41,646 nt of DNA from a bacterium (GTDB taxonomy: Bacteria > Patescibacteriota > Minisyncoccia > Minisyncoccales > UBA10102): contig JAUYJZ010000014.1 of NCBI GenBank assembly GCA_030698465.1, positions 1 through 41,646 of the forward strand, written 5' to 3'. The notes under the pieces were generated by a model. That model ran no database searches. It had not been told where the DNA came from and saw nothing but the letters and a program-made list of their open reading frames with translations. Shown one piece after another: positions 24,886 to 34,007 of the stretch (its first letter is position 1; each line of letters opens with the position of its first letter). A program made the position numbers and the translations under genes.

Positions 24886-25454
24886 TACTCTCAGACCACG
24901 ACATTAAGACTGCGATCCACGAGGGGAAAATCACTATTTCTCCGGCTCCCAACTATGATGAGCAGTTGGGGCCTTGCTCTTTGGATCTTCACCTGGGAAA
25001 CGTCATGAAGGTATTCAAAACGGCTTCCTATCCTTATCTTGATTTAAAGAGGAACATAAACTTTGAAGAGCTCATGGATGAAATCACGGTGAACGATGGG
25101 GACCCCTTTGTTTTGCAACCAGGCGCCTTTGCGCTGGCAATTACCAAAGAAGAGTTCTCACTACCAGACGATATCATGGGGCGCTTGGATGGAAGAAGTT
25201 CTCTTGGTCGGCTCGGTATCGTGGTGCATTCTACTGCGGCTCGTTTTGATCCAGGGTGGCAGGGGCGAGCAGTTATGGAATTGGGAAATCTTGGTCCCAG
25301 TCCAGTCATCTTGTACGAGGGTATGCGAATCTGTGCCCTCACCTTTGAAACACTTACTTCGCCTGCCGAAGAGTCCTATTCCAAAAGCGCCAAGCGAAAG
25401 TATTCCAAGCAAGAAAAGCCTCAGGCAAGCAAGATCAACAAGGAGTTTAGTTAA
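24882..25454 (+). CDS. dcd: dCTP deaminase
   Basis: [28 protein letters not shown] motifs. ATGA overlap with rplK. Confidence 0.88.
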   Translation: MILSDHDIKTAIHEGKITISPAPNYDEQLGPCSLDLHLGNVMKVFKTASYPYLDLKRNINFEELMDEITVNDGDPFVLQPGAFALAITKEEFSLPDDIMGRLDGRSSLGRLGIVVHSTAARFDPGWQGRAVMELGNLGPSPVILYEGMRICALTFETLTSPAEESYSKSAKRKYSKQEKPQASKINKEFS

Positions 25455-26389
25455 AATCCACCCACAACTGTAACCTCTCCTTTGATGGGAGGATGCGGTT
25501 CATAGTTAAGAAGTTTAAAATCGTCGAACACAAACTCGTCGATATTTTTTTTCTCCGGATTAATATGTATGACAGGAAAAGGCTTGGGTTCTCGTTTCAG
25601 TTGCTCCTGGACCTGATCATAATGATTGGAATAAATGTGCGTATCTCCAAGCACGTGAACAAATTCTCCGGGTTTGTACCCGGTCACCTGAGCAATAATA
25701 ATGGCCAAAAGGGCATAGCTGGCAATGTTGAAGGGCACACCTAAAAACATATCGCAAGATCTTTGATAGAGCAGGAGATCAAGTTTTTCATTATTGGTTA
25801 CCCGCAAATGAAACATAGTATGACAAGGGGGGAGAGCCATTGACTGCCCTAGGAGCGCCATCTCGTATACAAATTCAGGATTCCACGCAGAGACAATATA
25901 GTGTTTGCGGTCTGGGCGTTCCTTGAGCTTTTCAATTGCCCAGGCAAGCTGGTCTATTTCTCTTCCGTCTGATGCCTTCCATTTTCTCCATTGACGGCCA
26001 TATACGGGCCCCAACTCACCCCAGTCCTTGGCAAAGGCGGCATCTTCCCTGATCTTTGCTACAAACTGCTCTTGCGTCATCTGGGGTGTCTTTCCGGCCT
26101 CGGAGGCCTTCTTGTATGGCTTGTAGGCCCATTCATCCCAGATATGTACGTCATTGTCTACTAAGTACTTGATATTTGAATCTCCCTTTAGAAACCACAA
26201 GAGCTCATGGAGAATACCTCTGAAAAACACCTTCTTCGTGGTTAAAAGGGGAAGCCCTTGCTCCAAGTCAAAGCGCATAATACGGCCAAACACCGATTTT
26301 AGCTCAATGCCCGTGTTGAATTCGTGTTTGATATCCCCATTTTCGAGGATGTCCCGGAGAAGGCTGAGATATTGGTATTCGGGATGCAT
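25451..26389 (-). CDS. thyA: thymidylate synthase (ThyA, long form with insert)
   Basis: [37 protein letters not shown]. Confidence 0.95.
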   Translation of the reverse strand: MHPEYQYLSLLRDILENGDIKHEFNTGIELKSVFGRIMRFDLEQGLPLLTTKKVFFRGILHELLWFLKGDSNIKYLVDNDVHIWDEWAYKPYKKASEAGKTPQMTQEQFVAKIREDAAFAKDWGELGPVYGRQWRKWKASDGREIDQLAWAIEKLKERPDRKHYIVSAWNPEFVYEMALLGQSMALPPCHTMFHLRVTNNEKLDLLLYQRSCDMFLGVPFNIASYALLAIIIAQVTGYKPGEFVHVLGDTHIYSNHYDQVQEQLKREPKPFPVIHINPEKKNIDEFVFDDFKLLNYEPHPPIKGEVTVVGGF

Positions 26390-26395
26390 TATGAT

Positions 26396-26404
26396 ACTAT
26401 ATCA
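26396..26404 (-). promoter_or_regulatory. extended -10 element TGATATAGT, 6 nt upstream of the thyA ATG (minus strand)
   Basis: Reverse complement read directly: GGCTCTTGATATAGTATCATA-ATG. Confidence 0.4.
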
Positions 26405-26428
26405 AGAGCCAAACATTCTCGCAAACCC

Positions 26429-26932
26429 ATGACTACATTTATCATCGCAGCCATAACCGCAGACGGCTTTATCGGAAAGAATTCAAGTCATCTGGCTGAC
26501 TGGACCAGCAAGGAGGACAAGCGTTTTTTTGTGGAAATGACCAAAAAAGCGGGGGTTGTTATCATGGGCCAGAATACCTTTGAAACCATTGGAAAACCCC
26601 TTCCTGGGCGCCTCAATATCGTGTATTCCAGGGACAAACAGCACGAAGGGGTGGAAACCACGCAAAAGCCTGCACAAGAGCTTCTGGATGACCTCAGGGG
26701 TCGTGGATACCAGGAAGTTGCCATTGGTGGGGGTGCCACTATCTACACCATGTTTTTAGAGCAAAAACTGGTAGACAAGCTCTATTTGAGCATTGAACCA
26801 GTTTTATTCGGGAAAGGCATCACCCTGTTTAACAAAGAATTTGATACGAAGCTTGAATTGGTATCGGTAAAGAAACTCGGTGAGCAAACCGTATTACTAG
26901 AATATAACGTACTAAAAACTTACTCTCAGTAA
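26429..26932 (+). CDS. dihydrofolate-reductase-family protein (RibD C-terminal-like)
   Basis: FIIAAITADGFIGK...VIMGQNTFETIG...AIGGGATIY. Divergent from thyA. The ATG is at 26429, inside the tracked ORF 26324. Confidence 0.78.
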   Translation: MTTFIIAAITADGFIGKNSSHLADWTSKEDKRFFVEMTKKAGVVIMGQNTFETIGKPLPGRLNIVYSRDKQHEGVETTQKPAQELLDDLRGRGYQEVAIGGGATIYTMFLEQKLVDKLYLSIEPVLFGKGITLFNKEFDTKLELVSVKKLGEQTVLLEYNVLKTYSQ

Positions 26933-26969
26933 GTTATCCACACCTTACCGAGAGTAAGGATGAATATAT

Positions 26970-27509
26970 ATGGTTTTGGGAATTAAAGAATTGCACCGAC
27001 TGGTCAAAGAACAGAATCTTGTTACCAATCTTTCGGAGCGAGAACTGGAAAATCCTGAAGGAGCTGGGTTTGATTTGAGAATAGGGGAGTTATATGAGAT
27101 TTCTGGGCAGGGTTTTTTGGGCGTTACAGAGCGAGAAACTCCAGAGATGAAGCTTGTGGCAAAATATGAAGAAGGCAAAACCATTGAAATCCAGCTCAAA
27201 CCGAATGTCTACTACTTAATGAAGACCATGGAGGACGTAAACATGCCAGAAAATCTTCTGGCTATTATGACCCCTCGCTCTACTTTGTTCCGTTCTGGCG
27301 TCTATATCTTTGGAGGGCAGGTTCCTCCTGGATATAAAGGAGGGTTAAATATGGGCATCTACAACTATCGAAATACTGACTTTCGCCTGGAAATAGGTTC
27401 AAGAGTGGTGCACATCATGTTTTTTGAAGTAAAAGGAGAGGGGAATCTCTATCGCGGACAGTGGCAAGACGGAAGAGTCACAACCGACCAGAAAGAAACT
27501 CAGATTTGA
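26970..27509 (+). CDS. dCTP deaminase/dUTPase-fold paralog with divergent active-site motifs
   Basis: PRSTLFRSGV and GGQVPPGYKGGLNMGIYN align by eye to dUTPase/Dcd motifs. Confidence 0.65.
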   Translation: MVLGIKELHRLVKEQNLVTNLSERELENPEGAGFDLRIGELYEISGQGFLGVTERETPEMKLVAKYEEGKTIEIQLKPNVYYLMKTMEDVNMPENLLAIMTPRSTLFRSGVYIFGGQVPPGYKGGLNMGIYNYRNTDFRLEIGSRVVHIMFFEVKGEGNLYRGQWQDGRVTTDQKETQI

Positions 27510-27571
27510 CCCTTTCATTTATTTTTGCTACTAGGTATTTAGAACTATCCTAGCGTTTGTGGAGGTGCACC

Positions 27572-28009
27572 TTGAAACCCCATATGGAGTCTCTGATGGC
27601 GTCAGAAGAGATTGCGTTTTTCCGCCTTATTGAACGGCTGATGCACGATACACCAGAAGTAGATCTCGGGGTAGATCGCCAGGGGTATGAGATTTTGGTT
27701 TCATGCCATATGGTTTGTCGTGCGTTGGCGCAATTGTTCCCACAGTTGGAATGCCAAGATGGTTATTTTGCCCGTGAAGGCATAGAACATTCCTGGCTTA
27801 CCTGGGAGAGAGATTTTATTATTGATGCATGCCCAGTGGCCATGGTGGGCGGACCCATTATGGTAGACTGTCGTTATTTTACGACTCCGTGGCAGTATCT
27901 GTATCAACCTTCCAAGGAGCGTTTTACTTGTCTTGATGCCCCAGATTTTCCAAAACACATTGAAAGGGTTACTGAGGCAATGCGAAGTGTATTCCAGGTG
28001 GCGGCGTGA
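27572..28009 (+). CDS. hypothetical protein with a Cys...His-x-Trp...Asp pattern (possible transglutaminase-like/papain-like fold)
   Basis: GGAGGTG Shine-Dalgarno sequence 6 nt before an in-frame TTG at 27572 (tracked ORF starts at 27557). Motifs SCHMVCRAL, EHSWLTW, IIDA. Confidence 0.45.
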   Translation: MKPHMESLMASEEIAFFRLIERLMHDTPEVDLGVDRQGYEILVSCHMVCRALAQLFPQLECQDGYFAREGIEHSWLTWERDFIIDACPVAMVGGPIMVDCRYFTTPWQYLYQPSKERFTCLDAPDFPKHIERVTEAMRSVFQVAA

Positions 28010-28035
28010 CGATGTCACGCCGCTTTTTTCTTTTT
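28001..28035 (+). terminator. intrinsic terminator (GCGGCGTGAC-GAT-GTCACGCCGC + TTTTTTCTTTTT)
   Basis: Read directly. The stop codon of the upstream ORF lies inside the 5' arm. Confidence 0.8.
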
Positions 28036-28059
28036 CAAAATTCCTTTATAATACGGATT

Positions 28060-29511
28060 ATGAACTATATTCCCACCATTGGACTTGAGATTCATGCTGA
28101 GCTAAAAACCAAGAGCAAGATGTTCTGCTCTTCTCTCAACGACCCTTTAGAGCAACATCCCAATGTTAATGTCTGCCCTGTCTGCATGGGACATCCTGGA
28201 ACCCTGCCGGTTGCCAACAAGGCTGCTATAAAGAAAGTTCAGAAGGTTGGGCTGGCCTTAAACTGTACTCTTGCCCTGTTTTCCAAGTTTGACCGAAAGA
28301 ACTACTTTTACCCAGACCTTCCCAAAGGATATCAAATTTCTCAATACGATCTGCCTTTCTGCAAGGAAGGATATCTTGATATTGAGGGAAAACGTATCCA
28401 TATAACCAGGATTCATCTGGAAGAAGACACGGGAAGGCTTTTGCATCCCAAAGGTACTGATTATTCTTTGGTGGATTTCAATCGGGCCGGAGTCCCCTTG
28501 CTAGAGCTGGTCACAGAACCCGATATTACAACAGGGGAGGAGGCAAGAAAATTCGCACAGGAATTCCAGGTGCTCTTGCGCTATCTCGCAGCATCTGAAG
28601 CTAATATGGAGAAAGGACAGATGCGGGTAGAGGCAAACGTTTCTGTGAGACCTGAGGAGCAAGAAGAACTCGGAACTAAGGTAGAGGTTAAAAACCTCAA
28701 CTCGTTTCGCTCTGTAGAGCGAGCCATTGCCTTTGAGATTTCCAGGCAATCTCAAGTTCTAGAATCAGGACAAAAAGTTATCCAGGAAACCCGAGGTTGG
28801 GACGACACAAAAGAGCAAACATTTTCTCAGAGAGAAAAGGAAGAGGCACACGACTACCGGTATTTCCCGGAACCAGACCTTCCTCCCTTTCGCTTCACTA
28901 AGCAAGAGTTTGAAGAACTGAAAGCCGAGCTTCCTGAACTTCCTTGGCAAAGAAGAGAACGCTTCGTGCGTGAATACAGCCTTGGAATGAAAGAAACAGA
29001 GGTGTTTGTCCAGCAAAAAGACATGGGGGAATACTTTGAAAAGGTTGTTTCAGAGCTTGGTCCAGATTTGGCTCCAGAGAAACTACAAAAACTCACCAAA
29101 CTTTCTGCCAACTACATTCTCACGGATTTAATGGGGCTTTTAAAGGGGGCTTCGGTCAATGGAGAGGATTTTCTCATTACCCCAGAAAACTTTGCAGAAC
29201 TCGTTTTGTTAATTGAAAAAGAAGAGATATCAAGCGCCATTGCAAAACAAGTCTTAAAAGAAATGTTTGCCAGGGGAGGAGATCCCTCCCAGATTATTGA
29301 AGAGAGGGGATTGACCCAGATAATTGACGAAACTGCTATTCAAAAGATGGCAAAAGAGATTATTGAGACCAACCCTAAAGCGGTAGAGGACTACAAAAAA
29401 GGTAAGGGGAATGCCCTGCAGTTTTTGGTAGGCCAACTCATGGCTAAAACCAAAGGCACGATAAACCCTGAAACCGCCCGCAGCATATTAGAGAGCCTTC
29501 TGAAAACTTAA
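28060..29511 (+). CDS. gatB: Asp/Glu-tRNA amidotransferase subunit B
   Basis: IGLEIHAELKT...CPVCMGHPGTLP. The ATG at 28060 is preceded by TATAAT (28047-28052). Confidence 0.95.
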   Translation: MNYIPTIGLEIHAELKTKSKMFCSSLNDPLEQHPNVNVCPVCMGHPGTLPVANKAAIKKVQKVGLALNCTLALFSKFDRKNYFYPDLPKGYQISQYDLPFCKEGYLDIEGKRIHITRIHLEEDTGRLLHPKGTDYSLVDFNRAGVPLLELVTEPDITTGEEARKFAQEFQVLLRYLAASEANMEKGQMRVEANVSVRPEEQEELGTKVEVKNLNSFRSVERAIAFEISRQSQVLESGQKVIQETRGWDDTKEQTFSQREKEEAHDYRYFPEPDLPPFRFTKQEFEELKAELPELPWQRRERFVREYSLGMKETEVFVQQKDMGEYFEKVVSELGPDLAPEKLQKLTKLSANYILTDLMGLLKGASVNGEDFLITPENFAELVLLIEKEEISSAIAKQVLKEMFARGGDPSQIIEERGLTQIIDETAIQKMAKEIIETNPKAVEDYKKGKGNALQFLVGQLMAKTKGTINPETARSILESLLKT

Positions 29512-30381
29512 CCGAACTAAGTTTTCAGCTTCTCTTTGGTTCTTTACCCAGTGAATGCGTGGGTCTTTTTTAAACCAGGTCATTTGGCGACGGGCAAAAT
29601 CTTGAGTTGCTTTTAATGTCTTTTCAATCATTTCTTGCCTTGTAATCTTTTTTTGAAGATATTGGGAAACTTCTCGATATTCGAAACCAAAACTCTCAAT
29701 TCTTTTCCAGGACAATCCCTGCTTTCGGAGTTCCTTAATCTCGTTAAGGAAACCGTGCTTGAGCATTAGTAAAAAACGCTTTCTAATTTTCTGTTGAAGT
29801 ACTTGTGGCGATTTTTTGATGCCAATGAATAGTGATGGGTAGGGGAGTGAATCTTTTTGCAAGCTCGGCACGGGCTTTCCCGTAATCAGTATAATCTCTA
29901 AGGCGCGAATGAGACGTCTTTTGTTTTTTTGTTCTATAGTTCTTGCCCGATGCGGATCGAGCTCTTTGAGTTTTTTGTAGAGTTCATTAATACTCAATTT
30001 CCCCAACTCTTTTCTAAGTTTCGTTTGTGGCCTCACTTCAGGCATAATCCAGCCATCCACCACGGCATAAACATACAAAGGACTGCCACCTACAAGAAAG
30101 GGGAGTCTGCCTCTTTTATGAATTCCCAGGATTGCTTTTCGCGCTTCTTTTTGATACCGAGCTACCGTATATCTCTTTTTTGGAGAAGCAACGCTCAAAA
30201 GATGGTGCGGTATTCTTCGCATCTCTTTTCTTGTCACCTTTCCAGTTCCAATATCCAGGCCCCTGTATACTTGTCTAGAATCAGCAGAAACAATCTCACC
30301 AGAGAACCTCTTTGCGAGTTTTATAGCTAACTCACTTTTCCCCGATGCCGTAGGGCCTAAAATTACGATTAATTTTTTCAT
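29488..30381 (-). CDS. miaA: tRNA dimethylallyltransferase
   Basis: GPTASGKS P-loop, SADSRQVYRGLDIGT. The 3' end overlaps gatB by 24 nt (convergent). Confidence 0.93.
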   Translation of the reverse strand: MKKLIVILGPTASGKSELAIKLAKRFSGEIVSADSRQVYRGLDIGTGKVTRKEMRRIPHHLLSVASPKKRYTVARYQKEARKAILGIHKRGRLPFLVGGSPLYVYAVVDGWIMPEVRPQTKLRKELGKLSINELYKKLKELDPHRARTIEQKNKRRLIRALEIILITGKPVPSLQKDSLPYPSLFIGIKKSPQVLQQKIRKRFLLMLKHGFLNEIKELRKQGLSWKRIESFGFEYREVSQYLQKKITRQEMIEKTLKATQDFARRQMTWFKKDPRIHWVKNQREAENLVRLSFQKAL

Positions 30382-30440
30382 AGATATAGCGAGATGCCAC
30401 TATACCAAAATAGCTCATATAAACAATGAAGGTCAAACGA

Positions 30441-30572
30441 GGTATGCCGCTCTCCGGGAAGCTTTCGGAGGCGGTTTGGCATGGTTCCCGCGAAAGCGGG
30501 ACAAACCGCCGAGAACGCAAGCCCCAAAATCTCGCTGGGATTTTGAGGGCTGATTCCCGAGAGTGGCATACC
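30441..30572. ncRNA. candidate 132-nt structured RNA / bracket element (three-way junction); strand uncertain
   Basis: P1 is GGTATGCCGCTCTCCGGGAA/TTCCCGAGAGTGGCATACC (19 bp, one G-T, one bulge). P2 is GGCGGTTTG...CAAACCGCC with TCCCGC-GAAA-GCGGGA. P3 is AGCCCCAAAATC...GATTTTGAGGGCT. Confidence 0.45.
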
Positions 30573-30577
30573 GAGTG

Positions 30578-32164
30578 CTAATGGACTTCCTCGCGCTTCT
30601 CACGGAGGAACGATCTCCACTGTTCCAGGAATTCAATGAACACCTGAAAAGGAATCTCAATTAAGAAGTTGAAAATAACAATGAGGATATTATACTTTGC
30701 AACCTGCCGCGAGAGCCATCTTCCTGTGTGGATAATGGGCAAAGAGAATAGGTCGAATATGGTATAGAGGAATCCCTGCTTTTCTTTCCCGATCAAGAGC
30801 TCTCTTCCCCGCTGCCTAATTTTTGTCCCGCCAAACGCTACCAAAGAGACAAAGAAGAGAAAAATAATGATGGAAAGCAGGCTGAAATCCAGTTTCCAGA
30901 GCCCCCAGGAAATCAAACCGAATGAAAAGAGAAAACTCAAGAGGTATAGGATGGAAATAAAGCCTTCAAGCAGGGGGCGCTTGCGCCGCGGCACTGGTAT
31001 CTCTAGCCGGTCCTCCCCCCTTTTTCCATATACTATCTTCATGACCTCCATCATGAGGCGCTGAAAGTTCTCTTCTGTTGTGGTTTTCGTACTCAAGACA
31101 AGCAGCAGCATGAGTAGAGGAGGGATTGTAACACTTAGGAAAAGAACTGTCTGGCTAAAATCCCCAGTCACATACTTATCTAGGGGAATTTCAATAGCAA
31201 AGGCAACCAATACCTTAGTGAGGAGAACGGAAATAGTACTGTAAAAGGCAGCCCTGCGCATTTTACCTCCGAGTTTTTGCAGGCGGGAGGCATAGTTCTC
31301 TTGCACTGCATTTTCCATGGCAGCAGGATCTGAGCTGAACTGTTCAAAATCCGTTGGATGAGCGCTAAGGATATCTCCGATAATCAAATACGAAGAATCA
31401 TACTTTTCCATAAGCTGGTAAAAGCGTTCACCAAAGGAGTGATGAATGACAACATACAGTTCGTTCTTTATCTTTGGAAGCTGCGAAGCCAATTGTTGAA
31501 GGGTTACAGATGCAGGTTCCCTCCAGTCCTGGTACTTTTGCTCCAGCAGATGATGGATGATGGTGGCCTCATCAAGCTTGAATAACGCTCGCTGTACGGC
31601 AACGGAGATTTGGAGATTCCTTTCTCCCTCTTCCATGTCGCCTCCATTCTGAAGCTGCACCCTTTCTTTCATGTCGTCTATCATGAATTGGATAAGGGCA
31701 CGCTCTCTAATGGGAGGGGCTAGAGTTTCTTCAATTTCAGAAGCCGCAACGCCAAGCAACCACATTCGCAATTCTGCCAGCATCTTTTCTGCTCCATCCT
31801 GGGGACTGTGCTCCAGCAAATAGAAGTATTTTTCAACGATTCTCTGGATTTCAGTTATCTTTGTGATTGGGATGCGCTCATTGGGGAAGTGACCACCTCG
31901 GACGAGTTCCTGCACAAAGGGTTCGGCGAAATCTTCTTTTGTCCCCAAAAGCATCCTGCGTTTCAAGATACGCTCAATAGCAGTCTTTCTGAGCAAATGC
32001 TCTTCCCGCCAATCCACAACACCCCGTATTTTCTCGTAGAAGGAGGCAACTTTGGCAGCAACCTCATCCACAGTAATTGTGGGGACCCCTTCTATGGGCT
32101 GCAGACTCTCATACCATCTCTTGTATTCCGCAGACAGCTTTTTTACATCAAGTGGCAGTTCCAT
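30578..32164 (-). CDS. conserved-looking multi-pass membrane protein of unknown function
   Basis: 528 aa. A roughly 300-aa soluble helical N-terminal region is followed by about 6 hydrophobic segments. Confidence 0.6.
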   Translation of the reverse strand: MELPLDVKKLSAEYKRWYESLQPIEGVPTITVDEVAAKVASFYEKIRGVVDWREEHLLRKTAIERILKRRMLLGTKEDFAEPFVQELVRGGHFPNERIPITKITEIQRIVEKYFYLLEHSPQDGAEKMLAELRMWLLGVAASEIEETLAPPIRERALIQFMIDDMKERVQLQNGGDMEEGERNLQISVAVQRALFKLDEATIIHHLLEQKYQDWREPASVTLQQLASQLPKIKNELYVVIHHSFGERFYQLMEKYDSSYLIIGDILSAHPTDFEQFSSDPAAMENAVQENYASRLQKLGGKMRRAAFYSTISVLLTKVLVAFAIEIPLDKYVTGDFSQTVLFLSVTIPPLLMLLLVLSTKTTTEENFQRLMMEVMKIVYGKRGEDRLEIPVPRRKRPLLEGFISILYLLSFLFSFGLISWGLWKLDFSLLSIIIFLFFVSLVAFGGTKIRQRGRELLIGKEKQGFLYTIFDLFSLPIIHTGRWLSRQVAKYNILIVIFNFLIEIPFQVFIEFLEQWRSFLREKREEVH

Positions 32165-32168
32165 ATAA

Positions 32169-33938
32169 TTATGCTCCCTCCTCCAATTCTTTCTTCACGA
32201 GACTTGCAAACTCAGCCACACTCATTAACCCCAAATCTCCTTTGCCCCGTTTTCTCGGAGCTACCGCAGCTTTTGCCATTTCCTTTTCTCCCACAACCAA
32301 AAGATAAGGGATTTTCTGGGTTTCACCTTCTCGAATCTTTTTTCCCAACGTCTCATTCTCGTCTCGAATGACAATGCGCAGGGAAGGGGAGAGAAGACGC
32401 AGTTGTTCTACAACCTTCTTTGCATAGTCTGTGAATTTGTCTGAAACAGGAAGAATCCATGCCTGTTCTGGGGAAAGCCATAAAGGGAAGGCGCCTCCGA
32501 AATGCTCAATCAAGATACCAAGAAATCGCTCTGTGGAACCCAAAATGGCACGATGCAGCACAACGGGGCGCAGTTTTTTTCCTTTTTGGTCCACGTATTC
32601 AAGGGAAAATCGCTCCGGCAGATTCATATCCAGCTGCACAGTAGAAAGCTGCCATTCCCTATTCAAAACATCCTTGAAGATGAAATCGAGTTTGGGGCCG
32701 TAAAAGGCGGCTTCTCCAACGCCTGCTTTCTGCTTCCACCCGCGCTTTTTCACAAGCCGCGAGAGTATTTTTTCAGACTCCCTCCATATTTTTTCAGATC
32801 CAATGTATTTTGTTTTTGCTTTGGGATCCCGGGTGGAAATCCTGACCCAGAAATCCTTGAATCCAAATTTAAGATATGCGGCCTCAATCATATCAAACAT
32901 GAGGTTCAGCTCTTCTTCAATTTGATCTGGGCGCAAGAAAACATGGCAATCGTCCTGTGTCAAAGAACGAACTCGAGTAAGGCCAGAGAGCTCTCCTGAT
33001 TTCTCATAGCGATAATTGGTGGTTGTCGCGGTCCAGCGCAAGGGAAGTTCACGCCAGGAATGAGGAATGCCTTTATAGAGCATCATGAAATGGGGGCAAT
33101 TCATGGGTTTCAAATAATAGTCTGCCTCCCCCTTGAGCTTCATGGCAGGATACATGGCATCAAACTTATCTAAGTGACCAGATATGCGATACAACTCGCC
33201 CTTGGTGATATGCGGAATCCAAATGGGATGATACCCATTTTCCTCTTGAAGAGTTGTGATGTATTGCTCCACAATGCGGCGCAATAAGGCACCCTTGGGA
33301 TAGAACATGGGGAGTCCGGGCCCCACTTCATCTGCAATAGAAAAAAGTCCGAGTTCTTTTCCGAGTTTTCGGTGGTCGCGCTTTTTCGCCTCTTCCTGCT
33401 GCCAAAGATACTGCTCCAGCTCCTTTGTGGTCTGAAAAGCAGCTCCGTACACCCTTTTGAGCATTGGATTCTTTTCATCCCCTCGCCAGTAGGCTCCCGC
33501 CACATGGGTAAGCTTGAAAGCATCCAGGGGAAGTTCCCTGGTGTTTTTAATATGTCCTCCGCGGCATAGGTCCAAAAACACATCTCCGGTCCAGACCATG
33601 CCAACTTTTCCTACTTTCTTTTCCCGGGAAAGATCTTTGATAAGCTCAACCTTAAAGGGTTGCTTCTTTTTTTTAAAGTATGCTGCAGCTTTCAATACAG
33701 GCCAGAGTTCTTTTTTGAATGCGAGGTTTCTCATGGCAATTCCGCGCATTTCTTTTTCTAGTTTTGGCAGGTCTTTCTCTGAAATATCAATGTTTTTAAA
33801 ATCGTAATAGAAACCATTCTCGATAACCGGCCCAATCCCAAACTGCGCTTTTGGATAAAGCTTTTGTACTGCTGAGGCCAGCAGATGTGCAAAGGAGTGC
33901 CGTATATTGTCTAAAGATTCTTGCTTCACCCCGCACAA
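32169..33938 (-). CDS. thrS: threonine--tRNA ligase (no N-terminal TGS domain)
   Basis: RHSFAHLL editing-domain motif near the N-terminus, AGAYWRGDEKNPMLKRVYG, class II core. The start is uncertain (TTG 33938 or GTG 33929). Confidence 0.92.
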   Translation of the reverse strand: MCGVKQESLDNIRHSFAHLLASAVQKLYPKAQFGIGPVIENGFYYDFKNIDISEKDLPKLEKEMRGIAMRNLAFKKELWPVLKAAAYFKKKKQPFKVELIKDLSREKKVGKVGMVWTGDVFLDLCRGGHIKNTRELPLDAFKLTHVAGAYWRGDEKNPMLKRVYGAAFQTTKELEQYLWQQEEAKKRDHRKLGKELGLFSIADEVGPGLPMFYPKGALLRRIVEQYITTLQEENGYHPIWIPHITKGELYRISGHLDKFDAMYPAMKLKGEADYYLKPMNCPHFMMLYKGIPHSWRELPLRWTATTTNYRYEKSGELSGLTRVRSLTQDDCHVFLRPDQIEEELNLMFDMIEAAYLKFGFKDFWVRISTRDPKAKTKYIGSEKIWRESEKILSRLVKKRGWKQKAGVGEAAFYGPKLDFIFKDVLNREWQLSTVQLDMNLPERFSLEYVDQKGKKLRPVVLHRAILGSTERFLGILIEHFGGAFPLWLSPEQAWILPVSDKFTDYAKKVVEQLRLLSPSLRIVIRDENETLGKKIREGETQKIPYLLVVGEKEMAKAAVAPRKRGKGDLGLMSVAEFASLVKKELEEGA

Positions 33939-34007
33939 AATTAAATTTATTATCGCCTTAACTTTCCCGTAAAAATTGCTATTGTTTTGCGCAATTTTGT
34001 GCGGGGT
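33928..34007. repeat. long-range inverted-repeat bracket D (ACCCCGCACAAAATT ... AATTTTGTGCGGGGT, 15 bp perfect, 50-nt loop)
   Basis: One arm abuts the dnaE stop (34008-34010). The other arm contains the candidate thrS start codons. Confidence 0.7.

Noticed and set aside
30441-30572. The structured element as SRP (4.5S) RNA, a tRNA-like RNA or a hammerhead ribozyme.
   Set aside because: There is no GGAA-capped helix-8 motif (..GGAAGCAGC..), no T-loop, and the junction strands do not contain the CUGANGA / GAAA hammerhead core in the required order on either strand.
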